A stretch of 63,315 bases of DNA, counting the filler, from Choristocarpus tenellus KU-1152 (Eukaryota; Protista; Phaeophyceae): assembly GCA_964200185.2 (NCBI GenBank). It is 10 parts of 10 records of this genome, joined end to end, with 100 filler letters (N's around TTAATTAATTAA, not from the genome) between each part and the next. Parts side by side here need not be neighbours in the genome. Positions count along the whole stretch, not along the records: positions 1 to 10,781 come from CAXNAD020002712.1; positions 10,882 to 16,519 come from CAXNAD020010171.1; 8 more parts are not named here. The stretch is one strand, 5' to 3'. Position 1 is the first letter of the stretch, and each line of letters opens with the position of its first letter. The notes under the pieces are model-generated. The model saw nothing but the letters and a program-made list of their open reading frames with translations. It ran no database searches and was not told the DNA's origin. Below are positions 1 to 11,334 of this stretch, in pieces. The position numbers and the translations under genes are program-made.

Positions 1-429
1 CCCTCACAAACCACCCCCCCCCTCAAGATACTTTGATCCAGAACAGAAACAAACCACATTTCCTCATCTACCTTGCCCTGTCCTGGCAAAAATTTTGTTT
101 TTTGTACTTTTAGAAGGAGGGGTTGATGTAGAGGGCTGATGCCTAGTGAATTGTTGTTTGCAAAAAAAGGAGGGAGCTTTTGTTTCACCCTCCCTTGATA
201 ACATACCACTTTCTTCTGATTAAATCGAACTTTAACTCAGTAATCAGTGGAACACCCCACCCTCTCGGGATTTGCCTTCCTCTTTAGACAAACGTGGCGA
301 TTTGTTCATAATGGTACTACAATTACCGCTCGTATTAGTAAAACTTAGAGATATACTCGTCGTGCAATACAAACGCGCCTATTTATCCGCTATCGTCGAC
401 ACTCAGCACCAGGAACCACTACAATTTTG

Positions 430-1000
430 TACAGAGCACTCTTCACCTCCTACCATTACATATGTTGCCCTCCCACCTTGCAAGTTTGCGTGTGAATGCT
501 CATGCTCTTGCCTTCACTCAGGGATTTAGGGGCATTATTGTCTGTTGGCCCTCTCCACACAACAGACTGACTATAAAATTTGACGAGTCCTCTTCTACCT
601 ATTTGATATCCATGCATGTTGTACCTTCTCCCCGTACATACATTCTCGCACACATATTGCAGAGTGTATTCAAAAATAGCGTATGCCTCAACTTGGCTAA
701 CTTCCTGGTCATAGCTGCAGTTGTTTCGGGTACCTGCTCTACTCACTAGCATAATATAGTCTGGACTAATTGCTTTATTTCTGGTGAGCACAGTACACTT
801 GCCGCAACTTCTATGGACCAACTCCCCTCAACTTGCATTTTTTTGTACCCTGCCCTAATGACGTCTGTTCTCGGAGAGAAGCCAAACTCTTCAGGGCGAT
901 AATCGTGACTTGTCACCCCTACCCATCAAGGGAGGTGCTGTATTCTCTGCATATAGTAGTGAGGCCACTCTCAGGAAAATGAAGCGCTTAGGAGGCGATG
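430..1000 (-). mobile_element. Possible highly decayed Ty1/copia RT-RNaseH 3' remnant
   Basis: Fragmentary resemblance across frames (YAIFE..., MDIK, VVWRGPTDNNAPKSL) to the copia RNase H tail (IFEDN / HIDIK / CPT.DN.AD..TK.L). Many stops and frameshifts. Confidence 0.25.
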
Positions 1001-1606
1001 ATTTCTTTGACAAGTGAGAGTACAAAATCTTCAGACAGACAAGTTAGTAGCCGAGTTTGAGAAATGTTATGATGCCTGGTAGCTTTGTCCGGGTATAATC
1101 GCAACCCACGTCGTGTTCCGCCTCACAACACGCAGACATTAAAGTTGAAAAAACGCTTTTTCTCTTCTTGTTTTGCGAAATTCGACCAGAGCTGCAGCCT
1201 CTCTCTCCAATGGCATCAATTGAATACTCTTGGCCAGTGTTTCGGAATATGATTGTTTATTATATTGACTGCGGTTGAGCATAGTGTATATTCTTGATCA
1301 GAACATCCTGAATCATTATTGGGGACAACATTGGTTTCGATGTCTGACAATGAGAAGGGGCGTGTGCGTAAGATTTGTTTTTAGCTGGCTAAAGTATATT
1401 TTTGCAAATGGTATATTAACTCTTCAGTTCCCCCCCCTCCCTGCGCAGAAACCCTGCACATATTATCATTGTAGAGGATTGCAGAACAAGAACGGTCTTA
1501 GAAAATACTATGTGTTGTGAATATGAACCCTTGCAAACGTCCAGAGAACAAACCCTTACTAACCACATTAGACCATTTCGTAGACACGACATGGATAAGG
1601 TTATCA

Positions 1607-1787
1607 CAGGCTCAAAGTATCTAGGGGGGGTGGCGGCTGTCCATTCGGGGCCCATTTTTACATGTCGCAATTTTTGGGTGGTGTGGTTGCATACGTCGGA
1701 TGGATAATATAAGTGCTCATTTCCTGGTTACGGTCCGAATGGACACCCTAGTGTAGATCCCCCCCCCTCCTCAGATAATTTCAGTCA
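1607..1787. mobile_element. MITE family B copy (GGCTCAAAGTATCT + G-run terminal inverted repeat)
   Basis: Starts CAGGCTCAAAGTATCTAGGGGGGGTGGCGG and ends C-run+TCAGATAATTTCAGTC. Aligns by eye to 58596-58767. Confidence 0.65.
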
Positions 1788-3199
1788 CGTCCTGTCCTCC
1801 ATTGATCATACCATATCCACTGCGGCACAAAAGGTGCTACTTGAGTAGCGAGGATGAGAGGGAGGCAGAGGAAAGGGGAGCATGGGCACTTTCTCCGTCA
1901 GATATTCCAGCTACTTCCAAGACCTACTCCAAGAAGCAACGAACGAGTGTCAGCAGTTGCCTCCAGCCCACAGGTGAGCTTTCAACCCAGCACAAATATT
2001 ATAATACACACAGAAGGATGGGATACAGTCTAGTGCTATAGTCAGGGTATTTCTTCTATTGCATTCCTTGTGTTACCTACTTGACTTCTGGTATTATTTT
2101 TGATCAATCTATCAGAAAACACCATCGCAATTTTGATATGGGACATAGTCGGAGGAACAACATAATTCACACTTGTTAACAAGAGACGATATTAGACGAG
2201 TCCAGACTCCTGTAAGTATTGAAGTGTAAGTTATATATATATGCCAGGCTGACTAAGATTGGAGGGCCTGTAGGAGGTCGAGAAAGAACACAACACCGCC
2301 TACCTGATGAAGTGTATGCTGTAGCCATTCTCTTCTGAACAGGATCTACTCACACTTGTCTCATCAAACATTATACCCGTATCTCTCCCCTAATCTCTAG
2401 AAACAAAAGCAATTATTATCCTTCTCAATTCAACCCATTCATTCATTGCTCCTGTGGGCAGGGGAAAGAAAACTGTCCAAGAAGTCGTCTGCAAGCAGAA
2501 CAGGTGGCTCCAAGACTCTCTTCCCTATTTGGAGTGACAAAGAAGACAACGACGACTTGGAGGAGGAGATGGAGTCGGATAATAATCTGGTGTGTGTGAC
2601 TGAGAGAAGTGTGATGTGAAACGGCTTTTTAAAACTATTTGATCAGCGCTAGCGCGAGATGAGCTCCAATTGATCAACTAGGAATGCCTCATCTAGCATA
2701 TCCCAGATCATTGTGAGCCACTGGTTAAATTTAACAAACACGTTTTTTCCACTATGTTTTGTGGCGACGTCTACGCATTTACCTTCTTGTTTATTGCCGT
2801 TACCGAGTGTTGATTATTTGTTCATGTTAATTTTCATATGGAGTACTCCCTGCTCTCCGGCATACACGACATCAGGACATTCTGTTCACACAAACGGAAT
2901 ATAATATTGTATGCCCAACTACAATATTATTAGAGGTATATATATCATGTACACCAAAAAATATTATTATAAAAGGTGTTTTGTGTCAAAGAAAAAACTT
3001 CAGTGTCAAATGGTAACAAAACTATTATGGTTAAGATTTTGAGGTAGATGTCACAAGTCATATATGCAATATCAATAGAGATGAATTGGTACCATATATA
3101 TATTCATCCCTACACAACAGTTTCACACGAAAATATAAGGCATTTGAGCAATCTAAAGATCGAAGTATATGATATATCGTGATTTTCGAGTTGTACGGA

Positions 3200-4470
3200 C
3201 TTCAGAGTCCACCATATAATTTGCGATTGGGAGAGCCTTCAATGAATCACAGGATTACGGAAAGCAAATGTGATGCAGATTATATGTTTATGCTTGGGAG
3301 CAATGGTTTGGAAAAGTACTTTAGTGCATCGCCGCAAAATGATTCATAGACAAGTCGGACAAATAATTATTTAACTTAGGGTTACTGCCGTCACAAACGA
3401 GCGGACTAAAAATACCTACAAATATTTATCTCTCAAGGTTGACGTAGTGGTGAACATGTACAGTTCATATCTACAACACAAGAGTCTTATGGCACAGACA
3501 GATCATAAACTGAGTGCAAGTTCATGTTTAACAATGATAGACAAATAAATTAATCCGGGTTTCTTCGATATAACCTGTTGGTTAGCATGTTCACACACAG
3601 GATTTGTAGATATCTCTCATCATTTTATCAACATGTAGAAACGGTTTGTCCTTATAATAAGTGTTGAGAAAAGAAATGTAATTGTGTATTGGTGATCTGT
3701 CCCTACTTCATCTTCATACACAAATAATACCACCTTATAATAAATAGGAAGCAAGAATTGTCGTGTCCAAAACTTTTGTTGTGACTTATTATGGCAAACA
3801 ATTAAAAATGTACATACATATCTTACGTAGTATTACTGTTGTAATTATGTACAATACTTGGTTCCATTGGTGTTTCATGATAGTATAAATAACATCACCA
3901 TCTTTCATAACGGGCACGTTATGGAAACCCCATTAGTGTTTTACTGGTGATATTCCAGTATCTACTGTGGTGGGATCACCCTTTACCTTTCAACTCGATA
4001 AAGTTCGTTGGCATATCAGTGCTCAATGCTTTCCCATATGGTTACCACTCTTGTGCAAAAACTTTTACAATTATTTGTGGGTAAGACTCATCCTCTCCGA
4101 AGCGTGTGCAGATACTTCTCATATCATTCCCCTATCTTCGAAACATGTACAAATGGTTCCATAGAACGAATATGTCAAGTTGAATCCCTCCACGATGACT
4201 TGTGCTTCGAAGTACAAGTTGTACTAATCACAGTCTGTTGATCCGTCAGCATGTCACCAAATTGTCAGAAGATTTGTCACACACCACTCTCAGAATTATG
4301 AACGGACGATTGAGTCCCACAAATGAAAGAGTTAACGCCAAGATATTCTTTGTGTTGTTAGGATGTGCTCCAACATGCATATTCAGATTTATCACAAGAG
4401 AGGCCATTGATTTGTCATAAATTGATTTGTACGCCATATATAATTTATTATGATTAAGCACAAACAACCA
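3200..4470 (-). mobile_element. Decayed MULE/Mutator (FAR1-type) transposase with SWIM finger
   Basis: Across frames and in the expected order: QFGDMLTD..YNLYFEAQVIVEGFNLT (cf. FGDV..FD.T...NxYNLPL...VGVD), DESYPQIIVKVF, KFWTRQF, and NCTCS...ICRYF (SWIM-like CxC..CxH). Multiple stops. Confidence 0.5.
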
Positions 4471-4679
4471 AATTATTTATGATCCGACAAGTAAAAAATA
4501 GTCTGATATAATTACTTCCTTAACTCATTTTTCAACAAAAGGCACCTCGCTTGACAGCCAAGACTGCTCCCCAACCTGGCAGCAAGGGGAAGGGGAACCC
4601 TGCGATGTCTAGGAAGGACAAGGGCAAGGGCAAGGGCGCCACAACAAGAAATTATAACAGCAAGAGTAAGGTAATGACT

Positions 4680-6400
4680 GCTAGTCTTGGGGGACCAGGA
4701 GTGACTTAGGAGCACTTTAGACCAAAAAAATCTAACTAAAGAAGAGAGGATGTCAGCCCTTAGGTTAATGCAACCTTTAAATCTTACCACAGTTCTCTTT
4801 TTTTTAGTTGCTAAGTGATTATATATTATACAACTTCCGATATATTTCACCTCCACTGGGCGTGATTTCCAGCCAGAGATTGATTTTTCCCTATAAAGGG
4901 AGACTTCGGACAACTGTAGACCCCTACTGTACTGTGTAGACCTACTCAACGACGTTGACTTAGAGCTCCAAAGTCAATCAGACATTAATAGAACAGCAAT
5001 ACTGCTATAACATTTCATCCCTCTATACACACTACATAGCCTTGGTTTGCTCTGAATGCATAGTCCACAGTCTATGTAGTGTGCTAACATGACTGCAACA
5101 TGAGGATATTCAATTTTCCCAAGGTGATAATGAATGGTCCAAGAACGAAGAACATCCCCTGAACAAAACGTTTTTTGTGTACCAGAATATCCACTCTGAG
5201 TCTACTGTTGCCTGTTGTGGATGTGCTACATGATACGCTTGTGTTTGCATTATGCAGTGTTTCCCACACCTCCCAGGAATAAGACAAGTAGAAAAACATA
5301 ATGAATTCATGACAATTACAGCAATACAGTAGACATATTGTGCTCCACATCGTCTGAACAGTTTGGTTCCCTTTTGTACTACGTAGTAGGATTCTAACAG
5401 TCTTGCAATTAACACCAAGTAGTATGCAGGGGCAAAGGTTACAAATATCCTCTTTGTACAGTGGTATCTGTATGTCCACGAAGATCAGTACCACTAATAC
5501 CTTGAGATGCAAGTGTAATGCAAGGGCAGCATAGACCACCCAAGACCTCTTTATCCCTTCCTCGTTCTTTAGTCAACCATTGCTCCTTGATGTACACACT
5601 CTTGTGCCTCTCTTAGGCATAACCTACCAACAATGGAAACATACTGCAGTTTTGATTCATATGGAGGAGGATGTCTACCTAGCAGATCCTCTGTCCCTGA
5701 AGCATCCCTGACAATGATGGACCAAAGATGTTATGATGTGTGAATGGTTTCCCTGAGACGACTTTCCTTGTTTAGCCCATCTCCCTGCATCTTAAAAATG
5801 ATCATCAGGAGCCAACACTCCTTATTAGTGTATCAGTAGGAGAGGATAGGACACACCATTTATGTTGGTGGATACATAGCCATGTCTGGGTATGACAGCC
5901 CTGGACAGTCTAAGCCCCTTGTGACTGGGAAGTTTGTTGCACATAGTCACACTCTGCACTCACCACTTTTCCTTTGTGGCACCCTCAACAATCCATCATC
6001 TTTAGAGGGAAGCAGTGAGATATAGATCGGGCAGTGAAAGGGACAGACGAGTGCAATACCATTGAGAATGTTTGTTGCTGTTGCAACCCTAGGGCCCTGG
6101 ACACTCCTAGTCAATACAGAGAACTGAACATAGATAAAGTCGCCATTGAGTCAGATGAAACCTTTCTGTACTTCAGGTTTTGGACTTCATATTTCTGTCC
6201 CTGGGTGAATGATGAGATGAATAGTTCATACTGTTCAAAAAAATATTCATTATATAGAATCAGGCACAATAGAGGAGCTGGAAAGTGTCATCCTCATGGC
6301 AATATAAAGAGTCAGAGGGGGATGGGGAACTTCAGAGAGAGATACTTAGGAGCCGTGTTCGGAGGAACAGTTGATCCTGCAGAGCATTCCCCAGTCTCTA
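4680..6400 (-). mobile_element. Decayed Ty1/copia RT-RNaseH remnant
   Basis: Ordered degenerate motifs: VATATNILNG (DVKTAFLNG), CNKLPSHKGLRLS (CKL.KSLYGLKQS), RILLRSTKG (RILRYLKG), KSRPVEVKY...NLRADIL (RSRHIDVKY...ADILTK). Confidence 0.5.
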
Positions 6401-7108
6401 CCTCAGCTTTAATGTGACTACCACTGCAGGAGGGGAGATATATATTGCAGGGGACACTTAGCCCACGTAACATCCCAGGCTCTGACTTTGACCATACAAT
6501 GAGCGGAGCCGGTTACCAAAGGGGCAACAGCGTTTCTCTGGAACAACACTCATCACCTTTCATTTGGAAGAATTGCAAACAGCATTTGCTCACATACGCA
6601 TGTGCTCAAAAATAGAGTAATCCAAGCAGCATAGGTGCAAAATACTTCAATATATTGTGCACTTGATGGATTACTTGGGAGCAGTAGTGTTTATTGGGTA
6701 ACACACCTCCACTTTCTCAATACAAGAGCAAAAAGCTAGGGTGGAGCTAGGGTGTATGTAGCACTATATGCTCCAGTATCTTTCACACTCTATAAAATTT
6801 ACAAACAAAGTAGCTTCCAGCTGGAGCTGTGCTTGAAGGAAGCATAAACAACTATCAACAATGAAAAAGCTTCCAACACCTACAATGATTTGAGAAGAGA
6901 TGGCATACAATACAATTGCATTATCCATCCATCCAAATACACAAGAATCTAACACACACAGGACAACAAGTAGCCAAAGGCACCCTGCAATCAGTAATCT
7001 TCATCCTTTGATATATTACAATAGTTCCACCCTCTCTGTACTTCATAAGCTACCCTCCCTTGTACAAGTAGCCAGAAATTTGTACCAATACCTTCCCATG
7101 CTCCAGTA

Positions 7109-10100
7109 TCAATACATGTTGGCTATAGCTGCTAGACCACCCTCACCCACCCCTACATCAACAGCACTCGTGTTATCAACCTCCTTCCTCTTCTTCCTTT
7201 GTCCCATAGCTACCAATGGACCCATCACCCCCACTGATCGACCTTCCCGTCCATCAACTCTAGCCGCCCCCTCTGCTACCTTGCCACCAGACAGTCCCAC
7301 TGGTACTCTTGAGCTTGTTCCAGATCCCAGTCCATCCATAACACGCATGCCCTTAATCTTGATGCCCCTCCTTGCTCCCTTGACTAGCAAAGCCTGCTTT
7401 CTTGCTTGCTCCTGTGATTCTTTCCCAAATATTGATTCTCCTGAGATGGAGGCCATCTTCTCTCTCTCAGACCTTCGGAATCCAGTGTATTTACTGCGAT
7501 ACCGAATTTTTCCTGCTGAGATATCATCTGTAGGACTCGGGCTTGCCAGATGAATTCCCAGACCCTTTGCCTGTACTTTGTTTTGTGCAATATGAGACAA
7601 GAGAAGACATTTGGGAGGGGGAGGGGGGAGAAGGCACAGTGTAAAACAGGCGATGTAGCAGATTGTTTGGGACAGCAAATGAATCCTCTCCCTACTCCTG
7701 CGAATTTCAGAGGTTGAAAAGTTGACCAGGGAAGACACTTGTGATAGGCCATTGGAAAAATATTATACACGACATAATCTGATACAATCCTTCCATGTAG
7801 GAGTCCCATGCTGGGAATTGTCCTCCCTGACACACTGTGCAACATGTTGTCACAACTTCCTGTAGTCTACAGGTGCAGATGGGGTATCCATATCCTTCAC
7901 AACACAAAAAAATACTCCCTGCCTGGAAGAGGTGCCTACATGGTACACCCAACACATCAGTTTTTCAGGGCTGTCTGCTACATATTCTATCAAAATTTCA
8001 CGCTCACTCCAAACAATGCAAGACCACACTGCTGTGTTCCTTGAAAACAACGGGTCTTGATACCTATCCAAAGACCTTCAAACTATATGCACACCCATAA
8101 TAAACAAACACTGCTACAGAAGAATGTGTGTCATCAAGCCTAGCAAGTGCACCCTAAGTCACTGAGAGCCTTGTCGCAGTCCCTAGAAATAGTAACATTT
8201 GTCAGTTGGCCTACTTTCACCTATTGCAGAACATCCACATTTGCACACAAACCTTAATCAACCACAAAGAAGAAAGAACATACTTTGAGGTGCATGGATT
8301 CACAAGTGGGGACAGGAGGCAAGGGGAAATGAGTCTACTGCTTCTTGCGTATCACTCAGCTAGGGCGCTATCAATTGCAGCTATACATGGCTCAGAGAGG
8401 AAAGGAAAATACTCTATGCTTGTGGAGCACCAGTGCAAGATGGCTTGCCTTCGCTTCACGTTCCCGTTCCTTCTCTGTCTTCCTCCGCGACCGCATTGTT
8501 CGCCGCAAGTTTGCATTGGCAGAGTAATCGTCACCCCATTGGGCCTCAGAAAGCTCAGTCAGACGAGTAAGGGCTGTTTTTCTAGTTGCTGCACGTCGCT
8601 TATCTTCCTGCTCATGCTCCAAGCGAAACAGGGGGTCGACTGGGCGAGGGCGAGGGGATAGAAATGGGCGGGTGGGTGGGCAGGGGGAAATATCTCATAA
8701 TAAAGGTTATATGGTAGGGAAAGGAAGGGTCATCTTGCACTAGCTGATGGCTTCCTGATTGTTGCAAAAAAGGATACCCACATGTGGAAGCTGTGGGGAT
8801 TATAGGATTAGGGCAACTAGTTATGGAGCAGCCTTACATTGATGACAGTGTCTGACTGAATAAGGGGAGGAGGAAGCTCTTGGGAGATGTCAAGGGGTTT
8901 TTGTATCTTGGAGATGTGACTGACTGTGAAGTACAGGCAAGGCAAGACAAAAACGGTGACAGCAGTTGGTCCTGGAATATGATAGCTGTCCTCAATCCCT
9001 CATCCACATAAAAACTTCACACAATGTAGCAACACATCAACGCCCTAATGGTCTCAGGTGTGTAAATATGCCATTTTAGTCTGATGTGGCTCACCAAGAG
9101 TCTAGGCAAAGGAAATAGAAGGGGTGTATGTTGGAGTGTATCCATTCAAAGCATACTTTCAGTATACACAATAAATGTATTGAAAAAATACATTAGAGAC
9201 AGGAATCACATCGTGCTTGGTTAAACACAGGAGCTGTGCAGCAACTTGGCTTATATGAAGCTTCAAATCGGCCGGGTTAAACCCACTTGGATCACATCTC
9301 TACCCTAATTCCTACCACATGCTCTGAAAACTTCGAATGTGACTAGGGTAAAGAAAATACACCAAGGTATGAAGGCCTAACTTCAATGGGAGTTGATACA
9401 AAAACGTTTCACCACAGCTCGAAGAAAATAAATTTTAAGTATAGTTAAAAGGCTCTATATCGTGCAGTTAAAACAGAAAAAAACTAACCATGCATGATAT
9501 AATTGATTGGAGTGAATCGTGGGCACAATAAATAACCCCTCATTTTGACTGTAAAGTATAACTGAAAGCCCCCCCAAAAGGTAGGAATAACGACAATATG
9601 ATCCCAAACCAAAACTCCAAACAGTAATCAGAAAATAAAAACCTCCCCTCCCTGGCAAGGAAAGAAACATACCTTACTTCTCCTGCGTTGAACGTCAACA
9701 GCGAACAGAACCATGTTAGAGATAACGAACTATTGCGAGCATGGACATATTTTCATCACCGTTACACAAACTTTGATGAAACAGACCATGAATTGAATCT
9801 CATAATCACAGGCCTGGGTCTTATCCTTTCAAGTAACAACTCGAGTAATCTCTCGCGCCAACCTATGTGCTCCTAACACTATAGACCAATACCTGCCACC
9901 CTGATAGAAGCAAAAAAACCTAGAGAGTTACAAACTAGAGGGCTATGGATGTTGAATCTTGGCTTACTGGAGACAATCTCAGTTTTAAATTCCTTTATAA
10001 AGTTACCTGTAGGAACTATATGTAGACGAGACAGTTGCTCTTACCGGCAAGCTTGGCAGACACATCGTCATCTTGCACCCTCTCCGTCTGGACTTCTTCG

Positions 10101-10462
10101 GCATCAAAGGCTGTTTCTTTTTTACGTATACCCTCGACATACTCGTAGTCTGTGTTCTTGGGGTCGGTTCTTATCACCATTACGTTGCTGCAAGAAGGGC
10201 ACTTCATCGAGAATTGCCATATTTTTGTAGTGAAGTATTTTCCAGCAAGGTCTTTCTTCGCGTTAAACCTCGTACCCCTTCCCAGATGACGCTGGCAGCC
10301 TAGACACCAACCATGCACCGGAAGCTCGAATCGGATAACCCCATTCTGCTCGTATTGATTTGAACCCTTGCTTCCCTGAAACTTCGACACAGACCCCATC
10401 TCTGGAGTCCATTCTGGCGGGTAGTACATATTGTCCGCCCTCGCGGCAGCAAGACTCGACAT
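7109..10462 (-). CDS. YJU2B: CCDC130/YJU2B-type splicing factor (Saf4/Yju2 family); exons 10462-10045, 8639-8449, 7570-7109
   Basis: MSSLAAARADNMYYPP..IRFELP..WCLGC..GTRFNAKK..YFTTKIW.F.MKCPSC..IRTDPKNTDY, then DPLFRLEH..ANANLRR. Exon phases are compatible with one GT-AG and one GC-AG intron. Confidence 0.9.
7890..8010 (-). mobile_element. Possible SWIM-finger (MULE) fragment in YJU2B intron 2
   Basis: ICS...LGVPCRHLF resembles the SWIM C-terminal G.PCxH motif. Short and interrupted. Confidence 0.2.
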
Positions 10463-10712
10463 CTTTTTCGCTCTCTTGTCTGATTTTTTCTACGATAGCC
10501 AAGTCGTTGGAGTCGTAAGTTCACTAATTTCGATTGTAGGTGCACTACTACTCGAGGTCGAAGTCGGTTTAGTTTATGGAGACAGGTGTGGGTGTGGTTA
10601 ATTTTAGGAGTCGTTTAATTTTAGGAGTTGAATTTGGGTGTTTTAATTAAACCTTAATTAAATCGAAACCAGAAATATTGGCACCGATTTAATATATATA
10701 TTTCTACTTTTT

Positions 10713-10781
10713 TGTGGAAAGCATGTTTGTCTGTTATTATACCGTATTGCTCGTATGCCATATACCGTTATACCGTGGTAC
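10713..10781. repeat. LTR-like repeat family C, left end, truncated by contig end
   Basis: TGTGGAAAGCATGTTTGTCTGTTATTATACC matches the starts at 58047 and 54548. Confidence 0.7.
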
Positions 10782-10881
10782 NNNNNNNNNNNNNNNNNNN
10801 NNNNNNNNNNNNNNNNNNNNNNNNNTTAATTAATTAANNNNNNNNNNNNNNNNNNNNNNNNNNNNNNNNNNNNNNNNNNNN
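10782..10881. other. Artificial contig linker (N44-TTAATTAATTAA-N44)
   Basis: Six-frame-stop spacer, identical at nine positions. Confidence 0.99.
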
Positions 10882-11334
10882 TTTTTATGGCTTAAACTTG
10901 GGTGATGGCTTCTACTATATATTCGGTCTTCAGCCCCCCCCCCCCCTCAACAGAGACAAAGCTCCCGTATGGTGCATTCTCTCTGTGCAAAATGTGTTGA
11001 TCACATCTAGTGTTATCCAAATTCGTATCAACCCCACTACAGTCCAATCCTCGACCAGGACATGTCTCTTCCATCATTGGGTGGGCAAAAGCAAATCTTT
11101 GATGGCGTCCTCAGCAGCAAGCTCTCTACCCTCTTCCGAAACTTCTTGGAGTTGGAACAAACATAGATTGGCTGTGTCAGCACGACTCTTAGAACCACCG
11201 ACCTGTCTGTAACCCCCTCCACTCTATTTTCTGTTACTCTGAAGTCCCAGCTTGATGACAGCTCTTTCATGATTCGTCACCTTCGCTATGACTGGAGTAA
11301 ACCTAGGGGAGACTTCATTCCCTTTCCCACACAG

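Noticed and set aside
6900-7553. 217-aa plus-strand ORF
   Set aside because: Antisense to the last YJU2B exon.
11040-11210. RLAVSAR as the upstream CCP exon (cf. ..ARVHPGE)
   Set aside because: No GT or GC donor at the required position.
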